A stretch of 64,000 nucleotides of DNA from a virus, in the IMG/VR virus record IMGVR_UViG_3300021142_000014, positions 1-64,000 of that record; one strand, 5' to 3'. Shown in pieces: positions 45,969 through 55,881 of this stretch. Made by a program: the position numbers and the translations under genes. The number at the start of each line of letters is the position of its first letter. The stretch's first letter is position 1. The notes beneath the pieces are model-generated. The model made no database searches, had not been told where the DNA came from, and saw only the letters and a program-made list of their open reading frames with translations.

Positions 45969-46407
45969 CTGTATTCATTAACCCTTCTGAACTTGGTCGG
46001 TTCTCTTCTTTTATCTTATTTTGTTGCAACTCAATGTAGAGGGTGTCCTGAATCCATTTACTGCCCTTACTAAAAGCTGTAATGGTCATAACCATATCAT
46101 TAATCTTACCGCCATGCTTGTCAAACAACAATGCAATCATTGGACCAGCATCTTCCTTATAACGTTCTTGGAAGCTTTTAAGTATAGCAAGCTCTTTGAC
46201 CCATTCAACTACATATTCAAAACCGTTAACTTCTTTATAACGATTAGAAAAATATAGCAATAGCTCTTTAGGAGTTGCAGTAGAGAGATCTAATTCTTTT
46301 ACAAGATCTTCTTTACTCTCTATTAGCTTTACTTCAACAACGTCATCGTAGTCATTGTCATCATAATTTGACAATGGACCATCAAAACTTTTCTTTTCTA
46401 GTGTCAT
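45940..46407 (-). CDS. Hypothetical protein in the replication cluster (start MTLEK)
   Basis: SD AGAGGA. Confidence 0.7.
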   Translation of the reverse strand: MTLEKKSFDGPLSNYDDNDYDDVVEVKLIESKEDLVKELDLSTATPKELLLYFSNRYKEVNGFEYVVEWVKELAILKSFQERYKEDAGPMIALLFDKHGGKINDMVMTITAFSKGSKWIQDTLYIELQQNKIKEENRPSSEGLMNTDDFFKRFAV

Positions 46408-46762
46408 TTTTAATTCCTCTAACTGATAGAAACTTATCACATACATCTGAGAACATTTGAATCTTTTTACTAATAAATTCACGCGTTACAGAATCGATGT
46501 CATGCAAACCACGACCATTTGGACCAATGGCAGAAATATTAGATTTGTTAATCAATAAAAATCGCCATTGAGTGACTATATCATCTCTATCGTTTTCTTC
46601 ATGGCCATAAACCTGTACCCATTTTTCATCAAGACCACAGATATATCCTACGTATACGAATCCATCACTAAAGATTTGTACTTCTTGTTTTCTACTAGCA
46701 ACGATGGCTATATTTCGCTCAAACATTACATCAGAAAGTTGTGCAAGGTTTTCCATTACCAT
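46382..46762 (-). CDS. Hypothetical protein (possible Sm/SH3-like beta fold)
   Basis: 126-aa ORF in the operon. Confidence 0.65.
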   Translation of the reverse strand: MVMENLAQLSDVMFERNIAIVASRKQEVQIFSDGFVYVGYICGLDEKWVQVYGHEENDRDDIVTQWRFLLINKSNISAIGPNGRGLHDIDSVTREFISKKIQMFSDVCDKFLSVRGIKNDTRKEKF

Positions 46763-47031
46763 TCACCGTCCGTATTGTTTTTCCAACTACTAAAATCTAC
46801 TTCAAAGCCACCCCATTTGCTAGGAGCTTCAAACAAAGAAAAACTGTTTAATTTATTTTTTTGTTCAAACACAGCATCAACAAGATGCCAAGAATAAATG
46901 AATGGTGTTGCTATGATTACTATTGGCGATAATATAAGAAAAACAATGCCAAACACAGCAGTTACAAACATTTTAATCACATTTGATTTTGACACGATAT
47001 CAACTATCTGTCTCGATCTTTTTCTATTCAT
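46756..47031 (-). CDS. Membrane protein
   Basis: SD AGAAAAGGA; hydrophobic segment. Confidence 0.65.
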   Translation of the reverse strand: MNRKRSRQIVDIVSKSNVIKMFVTAVFGIVFLILSPIVIIATPFIYSWHLVDAVFEQKNKLNSFSLFEAPSKWGGFEVDFSSWKNNTDGEW

Positions 47032-47060
47032 TTACTTTCCTTTCTTACTTTTGTAAGATC

Positions 47061-48125
47061 TTAAAAATAATCCTCAAATGGATCATCTAATTCTTCGTCA
47101 GCATAAATATTAAAATCATCTACACTGTCATATTGTTCAAAAAACTCTGGGAACTGCATGTTGCCTACTTCACAAATACGTATGATCATTTTATCTTCTA
47201 AAAAATCTAACGAATAAGGATCGTCATCAACATTTATAGCAATAGTACTAATATTATCAATCCAATCATCAATAAAATCATTTACTACTTCTATGTCTTC
47301 GGCAACAATCAAACGTATGTCACCATAGAGTGTATCAAACAGATCTTTAGAATTCAAGTTCTCAAGGCGAACATAACGAGCAACATAATTAGAATTAATT
47401 ATTTTTTGCACCAACTCGCTCTTGCGTGTTAAAGGTAGTTTATCTCTATAACTTTCTATAAACTCACCATAGAATGTAATCATTGCTGCACTGAACTCTT
47501 TAATCTGTTTTTTAGTTAATTTACCTAAAATAAAATAAAACTTTGGTGCTAAGCATCCTTCACCATAAAAAGAAAAGAAATCAAAACATATTCTATTAAT
47601 TATACTTGGTGTTAATTGTTCAGATCTAACTAATCCAAAACTAAATTTAAAACCATGTTCCCAAACGCGACGATCAACCGTTTCATATTCTCTAAACGTT
47701 TCCATAGCATTCTGATTGCCAAAAACAATAATATCAGTAGAATTTTCAATTTCATCTCGCCACTCGCTACTTAATTTTAATTCATCATTGTGTGCAACAA
47801 AGATTCTAGTACGAATATGTTCAGCATAATTATCTAATACATTTTGCACCAAGAAACTTTCATCTAAGCTAGGTACTTTTACAACTATGCTATCTGGTCC
47901 TGACAACATAATGCAAAGGAATACACTTTTAGCAATAAGACCAGGCGTTTCTTTTGATCCAACAATTAGAAATTTACGACCTGTTTTTTCTTTGTATTCT
48001 TCAAAACTGTTAGGTACAAACAAGTGTTCAATTACCATTCGATAATCATTAGGTAGAAAACGACCATATTGCGATAACACATCAACCATATCAATCGATG
48101 GATTGATAATCCATTTGCTATTCAT
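47061..48125 (-). CDS. LuxC/acyl-CoA reductase-like protein (ALDH fold)
   Basis: TPG...S...VVKVPS, IIVFGN, HGFKFSFG, DFFSFYGEGCLAP with catalytic-position Cys. Confidence 0.65.
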   Translation of the reverse strand: MNSKWIINPSIDMVDVLSQYGRFLPNDYRMVIEHLFVPNSFEEYKEKTGRKFLIVGSKETPGLIAKSVFLCIMLSGPDSIVVKVPSLDESFLVQNVLDNYAEHIRTRIFVAHNDELKLSSEWRDEIENSTDIIVFGNQNAMETFREYETVDRRVWEHGFKFSFGLVRSEQLTPSIINRICFDFFSFYGEGCLAPKFYFILGKLTKKQIKEFSAAMITFYGEFIESYRDKLPLTRKSELVQKIINSNYVARYVRLENLNSKDLFDTLYGDIRLIVAEDIEVVNDFIDDWIDNISTIAINVDDDPYSLDFLEDKMIIRICEVGNMQFPEFFEQYDSVDDFNIYADEELDDPFEDYF

Positions 48126-49066
48126 CGCAATTTCCTACCAAAAGGGATAACGTCCTTCCATAAGGTGTTATTCTTCCATCGGTCTTTTACTTGAACAAAC
48201 CCAAGTTGATCAAATAGCTGTTCAAGGTTTAAAGCATTATCATCGCCGTATTTCACTGGATTGAATTGTAGATTACCCAATGGAGGGAATGCAAGCTCTT
48301 CATCAATATTTAATTCAATTAATTTTTTAGCAAGACGAACTGTATTTATATGATCAGATATTTTTGGGTCTTCTAATGCCAGTACAGAATTTAGATCACC
48401 ATTTTCAGCAATAAGTTTTGTAGCTTTCTTAGGACCAATACCTGGGATTCCTTTAACGTTATCACCCTTATCGCCCATCAATGCCCAGATTTCAGGAAGG
48501 CGCCATGGGTCTACACCCCATTGTTCGTGGATGGAAACAACATCGTATATTTCTTCTTCAATATCTTTATAACTGATGCTTGGTTTAACAACCGTAATGT
48601 TGTGTCTAATTAATTGGTGCAAATCATGATCAGCACTGACAATAATAATGCGTTCAAAAACTCCTGAATAATTCAAAGCAGCTGTAGCAATTATGTCATC
48701 TGCTTCTACATTCTCAATACGCATATATGGCAAACCAGCATTTAAACAAAGATGCATAAACATGCTAAGTTGTGGTTTAAATTCCATTGAAAAAACATCG
48801 CCCATTGGACTCTTATTATCATGTTTGCGATTGGCTTTATATTCTGGATCGAGAGCCAATCTTTTAGAGCTACGTCCTTTATCAAAGGCTACAAGAAGAT
48901 GTGATGGCTCATACTTACGCACTAAGTTGGCAATAACATTAAATGCACCATAAGCTCCCCATGTACCTGATCCATCTGGGGCACTGAGACCTTGCCTCAT
49001 CAACCCGCTAAACGAGCGAATGAAAACATTATGTCCATCAAAAATAAGTAATGTTTTCTTTTCCAT
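48122..49066 (-). CDS. 5'-3' exonuclease / flap endonuclease (Pol I N-terminal-like)
   Basis: FDGHN, YKANR, EADD, SADHD, GDKGDN..GIPGIGPKKA. Confidence 0.93.
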   Translation of the reverse strand: MEKKTLLIFDGHNVFIRSFSGLMRQGLSAPDGSGTWGAYGAFNVIANLVRKYEPSHLLVAFDKGRSSKRLALDPEYKANRKHDNKSPMGDVFSMEFKPQLSMFMHLCLNAGLPYMRIENVEADDIIATAALNYSGVFERIIIVSADHDLHQLIRHNITVVKPSISYKDIEEEIYDVVSIHEQWGVDPWRLPEIWALMGDKGDNVKGIPGIGPKKATKLIAENGDLNSVLALEDPKISDHINTVRLAKKLIELNIDEELAFPPLGNLQFNPVKYGDDNALNLEQLFDQLGFVQVKDRWKNNTLWKDVIPFGRKLR

Positions 49067-49074
49067 GGTTATCT

Positions 49075-49416
49075 TTATTTACTACCTTTTCGATAGCGAT
49101 TTCGGTGTTTCTTTATTGGTTCTTTAAAAGCATCAACTCTTAATACAATCAAACGTAATTGTCGATCTGTCATCTTATTAGCTCTACGCAAAGCATGAGC
49201 AATTTTAAGTATGTCATTTAGGCTGTAACGTCTTTTACCGCCAGGTGTTCTATTAATCTCTATTTGATTGCCCAGAGAATCGTATAAAAATTGTTCTTTT
49301 GCTCTAAAAGCTGCTGGCAATAAATCAAAAAATGCTGCAGCCATCCCTTGAGTAAACAAAAGATCATCATCACGAAGTCTTAATGCACGTTTTGGCCTAT
49401 TAGAGGCTTCTGACAT
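49075..49416 (-). CDS. MerR-like HTH DNA-binding protein
   Basis: FTQGMAAAFF...RTPGGKRRYSLNDI. Confidence 0.75.
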   Translation of the reverse strand: MSEASNRPKRALRLRDDDLLFTQGMAAAFFDLLPAAFRAKEQFLYDSLGNQIEINRTPGGKRRYSLNDILKIAHALRRANKMTDRQLRLIVLRVDAFKEPIKKHRNRYRKGSK

Positions 49417-50089
49417 AGAACGCTGAACGAACCTTACCAGGAGTAGTTGCCTGAACAATCTGTTCCATGCCTATGTTGCCAAGTTTAAGTTCTTTTTCCA
49501 AAGCTTCTTCATTGAGTTCATATTCTAAAGAGTATGAAGTCTCAGACTTACCATTGGGGTACTTGATTGTTTTATTAATACCAATCTCGTTAGTTATACT
49601 TGCAAACTGATCTGCATCTAGTTTTTGTCTTAACAAATCAATATCAATATTAAGTTTACCGCCAGAAACTTCTTTACTTAGCTTTATACCATGTTCTGGA
49701 CTAACTAGGTAGCCACTTTCTGTTGTGTAATCTTTGCCTTCGTGGGCAATCCGCATATTAATAACTTCTGTTGCGTATGCCTTAAGAGCACTCTCTCGTC
49801 CTTCTACAATGTCCTTAGCATTACGAACAGCAATCAATTCTGCAGAAAGAGTATCAACCTCTAAAGGAGTAACATTAGGAGATGGAGCACTAATATTTGT
49901 AGAACCAAGAACCTCAAAGAGAGATCCCATAACCTCATCAACATTCGTGAGGTTTACATCAATGGCACTATTTCTTCGAGTCTCCGCTCGTGTTGCCACC
50001 TTGGGTGATTCTCCATACGAAGGTTCCATAACCTCCTGCAGGGGTGTAGTAGTAGGTACCTTGCGCTTTGGCATAATTGGTTGACCCAT
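49400..50089 (-). CDS. Hypothetical protein
   Basis: SD AAGGAG; 229 aa. Confidence 0.75.
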   Translation of the reverse strand: MGQPIMPKRKVPTTTPLQEVMEPSYGESPKVATRAETRRNSAIDVNLTNVDEVMGSLFEVLGSTNISAPSPNVTPLEVDTLSAELIAVRNAKDIVEGRESALKAYATEVINMRIAHEGKDYTTESGYLVSPEHGIKLSKEVSGGKLNIDIDLLRQKLDADQFASITNEIGINKTIKYPNGKSETSYSLEYELNEEALEKELKLGNIGMEQIVQATTPGKVRSAFYVRSL

Positions 50090-50107
50090 TGTTTTTCTCC
50101 TTACTCA

Positions 50108-50680
50108 TTAAGCTTGTTTGATTTCAAGACTCTTGCTAGTAGCATACCATATATCGCCACTAACTCCTACTGCAGTTTTAGTTGCGTTTCTAGCTGCTTT
50201 AATAACATCATTTTTTGTCCATGGGCCTTCATCACCCAAAGAACCAAATGCTTCTGGTGCACCAGATCCCATAGCCCATCGACCACTAATTGGTATAGTT
50301 ACTGAAAAATCATCATCAATAGCTATAATCTTATCATCAATGATAATTAAAAGACCAGCTCCAAAAGATTCAATCTTTTTACTAGTCTCCAATGCACCAT
50401 GCTCATCAAGTGCAGTTCTCATTGCTGGAATTACATCTTTAACAATAAATTGCTCAAGATTGTCACGATGAAATTCACGTAGTTCAGGCCAATCAGTCCA
50501 ATGTTGAATTACTTGAGTTGCTCTAACGCTGCCACAACCGCCAAAAATGTATTGACGTTCTTTATCAATCCAAAGCTTTCCAGATCCTTCATGAGTTTTG
50601 TTATAATCCCAAGAGATTTCTGAATCAGCGGCAATAACCACTCCATCAACTTTGGTAATAGCAGCAGCAAGAACAGTCAT
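50108..50680 (-). CDS. HslV/proteasome beta-type Ntn protease
   Basis: N-terminal Thr2, IAADS, GK, AMGSG. Confidence 0.85.
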   Translation of the reverse strand: MTVLAAAITKVDGVVIAADSEISWDYNKTHEGSGKLWIDKERQYIFGGCGSVRATQVIQHWTDWPELREFHRDNLEQFIVKDVIPAMRTALDEHGALETSKKIESFGAGLLIIIDDKIIAIDDDFSVTIPISGRWAMGSGAPEAFGSLGDEGPWTKNDVIKAARNATKTAVGVSGDIWYATSKSLEIKQA

Positions 50681-51018
50681 TAGTAGTATTCTTCCTCATC
50701 AGTTACAACTATGTCAGAATCTTCTGATGTAGATTCAACCTCTTCTTCTGTAGATTCTTCTACTTTTGGAAGTGGTTCTGAAATAAGTTCTGTTACTACG
50801 TTCTTAAATTGAGGACCTACAACATCGTCCCACATGCTTCCAAACAGTGCCTGGAGGCGTGTGTTCATATCCTCACCCTCTTCAAGATCAGCAGCTAGTT
50901 CATTTGGGCTAATAGAAAGCTCAGCACCGACTTCGGGCTTAATCCAATCCCATTCGCCTTTAGCGTTCTTTACTTGTAGAGTTGCACCGATACTAACCGA
51001 TAGTTTCAGTTCCATCAT
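50680..51018 (-). CDS. Acidic hypothetical protein
   Basis: Coupled to the protease gene. Confidence 0.7.
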   Translation of the reverse strand: MMELKLSVSIGATLQVKNAKGEWDWIKPEVGAELSISPNELAADLEEGEDMNTRLQALFGSMWDDVVGPQFKNVVTELISEPLPKVEESTEEEVESTSEDSDIVVTDEEEYY

Positions 51019-51282
51019 CTTCCTTTAGTTCTTGATCTTTTTTTAATGATTCAGCTTGTAATCTAGCGTGTTCAACTAGATGACGATATCCACAATTAGG
51101 GCATTGGCATTTCACTGTCATTGTCTTCCTTTCGTTCTTCAATTAAGAATAGCTGATCATCTGGCACTGCGTCAATTTCATCGTAGGTCCATTCAATAAT
51201 TATTCTACCATCAGTAGTCTTACCAACAACTTTACCTAGATTGAGTTTAAGAGCTACGATGTCACCAATTTGATATTCATGT

Positions 51283-51621
51283 TCATTCATTGTTTTCTTC
51301 ATTTCTCCTAGCAGCCTCTTTTACCCAATTCATCATATCTATGAGTTCTTTTGCTTTAAACATAATTGTTTCATCGACTTCAATGCCATTTGCTAAAACA
51401 ATTTCAAGCAACGTATCAGTTACTTCAATAACTTGATCAACACCTTTTTCATAAAAAACATACTTATATGGTTCTTTAAAAGTTGGTGTTTCTTGAACTT
51501 TTTTTCTTTCTTCTTCCATAATTTTTTTATTCTCTTCCATACGATTGCTTAATTTAACTAATTCCATACCAATAGCAAATTGTGTTCCACGTTTTAAGAG
51601 TTGTGTACTTAATCTAGCCAT
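51283..51621 (-). CDS. Hypothetical protein
   Basis: SD AAGGA; downstream of a promoter. Confidence 0.7.
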   Translation of the reverse strand: MARLSTQLLKRGTQFAIGMELVKLSNRMEENKKIMEEERKKVQETPTFKEPYKYVFYEKGVDQVIEVTDTLLEIVLANGIEVDETIMFKAKELIDMMNWVKEAARRNEENNE

Positions 51622-51646
51622 ATAATCCTTACTTTTGTTTATAAAA

Positions 51647-51676
51647 ACTTTACCATAAAAACAATATGATTGTCAA
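51647..51676 (-). promoter_or_regulatory. SigA-type promoter TTGACA-N18-TAAAGT with extended TG
   Basis: Consensus -35 and TGnTAAAGT just 3' of tRNA-Tyr. Confidence 0.6.
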
Positions 51677-51680
51677 ATCT

Positions 51681-51764
51681 TGGTGGATGGAGAGGGATTC
51701 GAACCCCCGAACAATAAAGAACTGGTTTACAGCCAGCCGCGTTTGGCCACTTCGCTACCCATCC
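51681..51764 (-). tRNA. tRNA-Tyr(GUA)
   Basis: Cloverleaf, CT-GTA-AA loop, long variable region, GTTCGAATCC, encoded CCA. Confidence 0.93.
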
Positions 51765-51765
51765 G

Positions 51766-51841
51766 TGGTGCCCCAGGCAAGACTTGAACTTGCAACCTGC
51801 GGGTTAGAACTCCGATGCTCTATCCGTTGAGCTACTAGGGC
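51766..51841 (-). tRNA. tRNA-Arg(UCU) with irregular anticodon arm
   Basis: 76-nt cloverleaf, Arg-type D-loop (GGATA), loop GT-TCT-AA, encoded CCA. Confidence 0.8.
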
Positions 51842-51847
51842 AATAAG

Positions 51848-52084
51848 CTAATTAGTATCATAGATGTTAACGTCTATGCCATTCTCACGTAGGATATCCA
51901 TTGCTTGTTCAAAATAGGGGTTGCTCATATCATTAACAACTCTACGAGATGCAGACTTGATAACGCCTTTAACCCACATTGTATTAGCACTATAATTACT
52001 AAACGCAGCAATAAGCTTTGGTTGGGCTGGGATCTGTGCTAGTTCTAGCATAGTTTTTGCTGCCCAATTGAGATCTTTAGCCAT
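51848..52084 (-). CDS. Hypothetical protein
   Basis: 78 aa, upstream of the tRNAs. Confidence 0.65.
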   Translation of the reverse strand: MAKDLNWAAKTMLELAQIPAQPKLIAAFSNYSANTMWVKGVIKSASRRVVNDMSNPYFEQAMDILRENGIDVNIYDTN

Positions 52085-52410
52085 TACTTCTTACATTTAC
52101 AATTACAGTTGCCACCACATGGGCTTTTCTTCTCAGGAGCTTTAGACTTCTGATAAATACCATTCTTTACACCCTGGCTAAACATATGAACAAAAGCACC
52201 AACAAACATAAAAAATAATGCTGGTAAAACTAATACTAACATTACGTGCATTATTGTTCCTTCTTCTTTGGAGCAGCTTTCTTTGGTGCTTTCTTAGGTG
52301 CTGGCTTTGGTGCTTCTGTTCCTAGTGGGAGTGGAATATCTGGTACATTGTTATTACCACCAGTGAGACCACCTAGAAAATTCAAAAAACCTTTTAATGT
52401 ACTATTCATA

Positions 52411-52593
52411 TTATTCTCCTATATCCCAATCTTCGATTGAACCTAATCTTACCACATGGGCGCAAGGATCTCCACCTTCATCCCACGATCTTTCTTCGCT
52501 TTCATGCATGGGAAAACCATCATGAGTACTACAGAATTGTTCTGTGCAATAACCCTTATCGACACCAAACTTTAACCATTCATCAAAATCCAT
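52411..52593 (-). CDS. Small conserved hypothetical protein (C.THDG.P...GGDPC)
   Basis: Recurrent phage motif; coupled to the methyltransferase gene. Confidence 0.7.
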   Translation of the reverse strand: MDFDEWLKFGVDKGYCTEQFCSTHDGFPMHESEERSWDEGGDPCAHVVRLGSIEDWDIGE

Positions 52594-53144
52594 TATTGAT
52601 CCTCATATACTTTCTCAATCCATGCTTGATAAGTCAATTCTATTACTCTAATATAATCATGAGCAATATTCAAGACGGCATTGATACCATCCTTAGGATT
52701 GTAATATGAGCCTTTACCAAGATTCCATTCGTAGTCATCAAAAGCCATAATGCCGCCTACTTCAAGGCATTGAAAAGCATTTAATCCATCAATAGCTGTT
52801 TGGCTAGCTGTATGGTCTCCATCGATAAGGATAAAATCGTACTTTTTAGTATTGTTTTTAAAAAACTCATTGCTAGTCATTTTGTGCTTGATTACTCGTG
52901 AATCTTCACCAAACCTGCTATCATAATATACTTCTACTTCTGCAAAATTAATAGTCTCATGCGCTAATTCTAATGAACCTTCCCATGTATCTACATCGTC
53001 TATAGTTATGATATTACGATTGTTAAGCAACCACTCCGTTGCATCACCTGTGTATGTTCCAATTTGCAATACACGATATTCACGATCTTTTGGTAAATTC
53101 CTATCAAAAAAATGTGGTTGAAACCAAACTGGAAAGCTACTCAT
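52593..53144 (-). CDS. Class I SAM-dependent methyltransferase (Methyltransf_24-like)
   Basis: LQIGTYTG, VDTW, IDGDH, GGIMAFDDY. Confidence 0.88.
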   Translation of the reverse strand: MSSFPVWFQPHFFDRNLPKDREYRVLQIGTYTGDATEWLLNNRNIITIDDVDTWEGSLELAHETINFAEVEVYYDSRFGEDSRVIKHKMTSNEFFKNNTKKYDFILIDGDHTASQTAIDGLNAFQCLEVGGIMAFDDYEWNLGKGSYYNPKDGINAVLNIAHDYIRVIELTYQAWIEKVYEDQ

Positions 53145-53910
53145 TGATTGTTTCCTTAATATATTTATTATATTTATTTTTATTATCTCTAAGGTATTTT
53201 GGATAAAAATCAGAATCAATATCTACTAATCTCAACTCATATCCTCTTCCAAGAGTATCTGTATTGTTTTCAAAATTATAATCTAAACTAGATTTAATTT
53301 GATCAGTATTACATTCAGTATGAGCAAATGCTTCGATTTTATTCTTAATAAACTTAGTATCACCACAAAAAGTCCAGTGCCATCCACCATTTGGAACGCT
53401 GATTGAATTAAAACTTAATCTTAATGAAGTAGCATTGAATCCAGGCTCCCGGTACTCACGGACACTACAGGCTTTGGCTTTCCACCACAAACCTTCACCA
53501 ATGTTTTGATTGTTTAAATAGTATTGGTGAACAATCATATTGAATGAATATGAGAAGTCAGGATCAAAATTCTCACGTAAGAATTCAATAGCTTTAGGAT
53601 TGGGTATCTCGTCTAGGTCATTGATAAGAACAATATCATCATCATTATATTCAGATAAATCAAGAATTATATCACGCTGGTAGTTCTCACGACCCCATTC
53701 ATCAAGACCCTCAGGGAACTCAATCTCTATGACTGTGTGCTTTGGGTGCTTGATGGTGTTGGCAAGCATTGGCTTATCAAGACCAGTAAAAGTTTTAGTA
53801 GCTTCAATCGTGTAGAAATGATCAACTACGTCTTCCAAAATACCAAGACGCAATTCAAGAATATGTGTCTCGTTATGGAATGGAGTGATACTAACTACAC
53901 GTCGTGACAC
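53137..53910 (-). CDS. GT17-like beta-1,4-GlcNAc transferase
   Basis: FHNE..ILELRL, RENYQR, DLDEIP, GGWHW, KIEAFAHTE. Confidence 0.85.
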   Translation of the reverse strand: MSRRVVSITPFHNETHILELRLGILEDVVDHFYTIEATKTFTGLDKPMLANTIKHPKHTVIEIEFPEGLDEWGRENYQRDIILDLSEYNDDDIVLINDLDEIPNPKAIEFLRENFDPDFSYSFNMIVHQYYLNNQNIGEGLWWKAKACSVREYREPGFNATSLRLSFNSISVPNGGWHWTFCGDTKFIKNKIEAFAHTECNTDQIKSSLDYNFENNTDTLGRGYELRLVDIDSDFYPKYLRDNKNKYNKYIKETINE

Positions 53911-55193
53911 TACTTTTGTTCCTTAAGTTTACGTGCCATCTTTGCTTTATTAGTTGCTTTGTTAAATACATTCAACCATTGCTTACATACATCTGTCCAA
54001 GTGTGTGAAATGACCCATTCATAAGCTTTTTCAGCACGCTCAGCAGCTTCTTCTGGGTGATCCATAATATACTTAATAGTTTGAGCAGCTTCTTCAACAT
54101 CCATCAAAGGACGCATACGCTCATTATCATTGTCTTTAATAATCCAGTGGCTCGGTGTGTGGCCACTAGATACCTTCCAACCACGATCTTCTCCAAGAAT
54201 TTCTGGCACTGACGTGTTGTTAGGAGCAACGACCGGAAGCTTTACAGACATTGCCTCGGTAATGCTCAAACCCCAACCCTCACCATGAGTAGTGGTTAGA
54301 TAAACGTCACTTGCATTGTAAATATGATTAAGGAATTCAATTGGGAAACCACTGTGAGCACCGAACTGTCTTGGGTCTGGCACTGTAAAGTCAACATTGG
54401 GATCAAGACCAATTGATCTTGCCATTTGCATAATGCTTCCACCAAAATCGCTTTCTTGCATGTGCATATAAAGGAATGCATTGTCAACACCCATATCCTT
54501 CAATTGCTTCATGATCATTAAGCTACGTGAGATGTCTTTACGACCTTGGTTTCTGTTCACATTAGTGATAACAAACTTATCTTTCATTGCTGTAAAGATG
54601 TTTTCTTTAGCAGTTTTCTTATCTTCAGGTGATAATGGGAAAAAGTTTTTTGTATTTGTTCCATGGTAAATAACATCTTGTTTGTCTGCCAAAGCACCAA
54701 TGAATTTACGGCTTTCACCCTTTGCATACTCTGTGTAAGCAACTGGGAAATCAAAGCTTGCAACACATTGTTTTACCCATTCTTCACGTGGACCACAATC
54801 GAATGGATAGTAATAAACAGATGAGAATGTATTTGGCTTTGTTCGTTGGAGTTCCAAGATTTGAGGAACGATATCAATTACAATAAAAGTATCTTGAACA
54901 ATAAATACAATATCGTAATCAACCTGAGCAAGTCTATCTAGGAATACTTGACGACCAAAAACGTCTCCGTATGGTCCTTGTGTTCGCAAGGCACTGATGG
55001 CTGGCCATAGAGTACCAGGCCAAAGTTCTCTGTCATAAGGCCCACCATCGTAGTTAACTCCAATAACATCAATCTCATACTTTCCAGTATTATTGATCTC
55101 AGTCATAATATTTTTCATTACAGTACCGAAACCAGTGCTACATGCGTAGTCACCCCACGCTAGTACTTTGATTTTGCTCATAGGAGTCTCCAT
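53910..55193 (-). CDS. GT4 (GT-B) glycosyltransferase
   Basis: TGFG, NRNQGRKD, GEGWGLSITEAM. Confidence 0.9.
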   Translation of the reverse strand: METPMSKIKVLAWGDYACSTGFGTVMKNIMTEINNTGKYEIDVIGVNYDGGPYDRELWPGTLWPAISALRTQGPYGDVFGRQVFLDRLAQVDYDIVFIVQDTFIVIDIVPQILELQRTKPNTFSSVYYYPFDCGPREEWVKQCVASFDFPVAYTEYAKGESRKFIGALADKQDVIYHGTNTKNFFPLSPEDKKTAKENIFTAMKDKFVITNVNRNQGRKDISRSLMIMKQLKDMGVDNAFLYMHMQESDFGGSIMQMARSIGLDPNVDFTVPDPRQFGAHSGFPIEFLNHIYNASDVYLTTTHGEGWGLSITEAMSVKLPVVAPNNTSVPEILGEDRGWKVSSGHTPSHWIIKDNDNERMRPLMDVEEAAQTIKYIMDHPEEAAERAEKAYEWVISHTWTDVCKQWLNVFNKATNKAKMARKLKEQK

Positions 55194-55873
55194 TCCTTTG
55201 GACTTATATTAGGATTATTATAGGGGGTACGATAGGCTTCTTTCAAGTCTTTACGAGCACTTCCCCATTTTTTTACATAATACTCACCGCTCTTTAAAGA
55301 GTTAAGAGGCGCTGTTAATTTTTGAGTAGTTTGGTGACGAATGTGCACATAAGGAATACTTGTTTGCAATGTTTTGTATCCAAGCAAACTGATACGATAT
55401 TTCATATCAGTATCTTCCCACCAAGCTGGATCAAAATTTTCATCAAAAGTACCACATTTATCAAAAAAGTCTGGTCGTATTGCAAAACAAGCAAAACTTT
55501 GATCTTCTATGCTTTTTGTGGCATCACCCAGGACTTCATCATCCCATAAGATTTGTGTCGGATCAGTTAATGTATCAAATACATCTACTGGGAAAGCCAT
55601 TACATAATTATCTGGCATTGCCAAAGTTTCACGAACTAATTGTTTTATTGTTTTTTCAGAAAAAAGAACGTCATCATTACTTACAATAATTACATCACAT
55701 TTATCACTAATAGCTTGACGAATACCAGAATTCCAGGCAGCAGCTAAAGGAACTTGATATCTATACTGTGGTTGAATATATAGTTTTAACTCATGATCAG
55801 TTTTAGCACTATAAATAAAATCGACAGCTTGATCAAAATTATTAAGAATTGGGATTACTAATCCTATTTTCAT
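55178..55873 (-). CDS. GT2 (GT-A) glycosyltransferase
   Basis: LVIP, AAAWNSG, NDD, FDENF..WWEDTD. Confidence 0.88.
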   Translation of the reverse strand: MKIGLVIPILNNFDQAVDFIYSAKTDHELKLYIQPQYRYQVPLAAAWNSGIRQAISDKCDVIIVSNDDVLFSEKTIKQLVRETLAMPDNYVMAFPVDVFDTLTDPTQILWDDEVLGDATKSIEDQSFACFAIRPDFFDKCGTFDENFDPAWWEDTDMKYRISLLGYKTLQTSIPYVHIRHQTTQKLTAPLNSLKSGEYYVKKWGSARKDLKEAYRTPYNNPNISPKEWRLL

Positions 55874-55881
55874 ACTTGTCC

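Noticed and set aside
51766-51841. Amber suppressor tRNA (CUA) and stop-codon recoding
   Set aside because: Canonical numbering gives UCU with an Arg-type D-loop; TAG ends normal genes (e.g. 4251, 1889) and long genes are intact in code 11.
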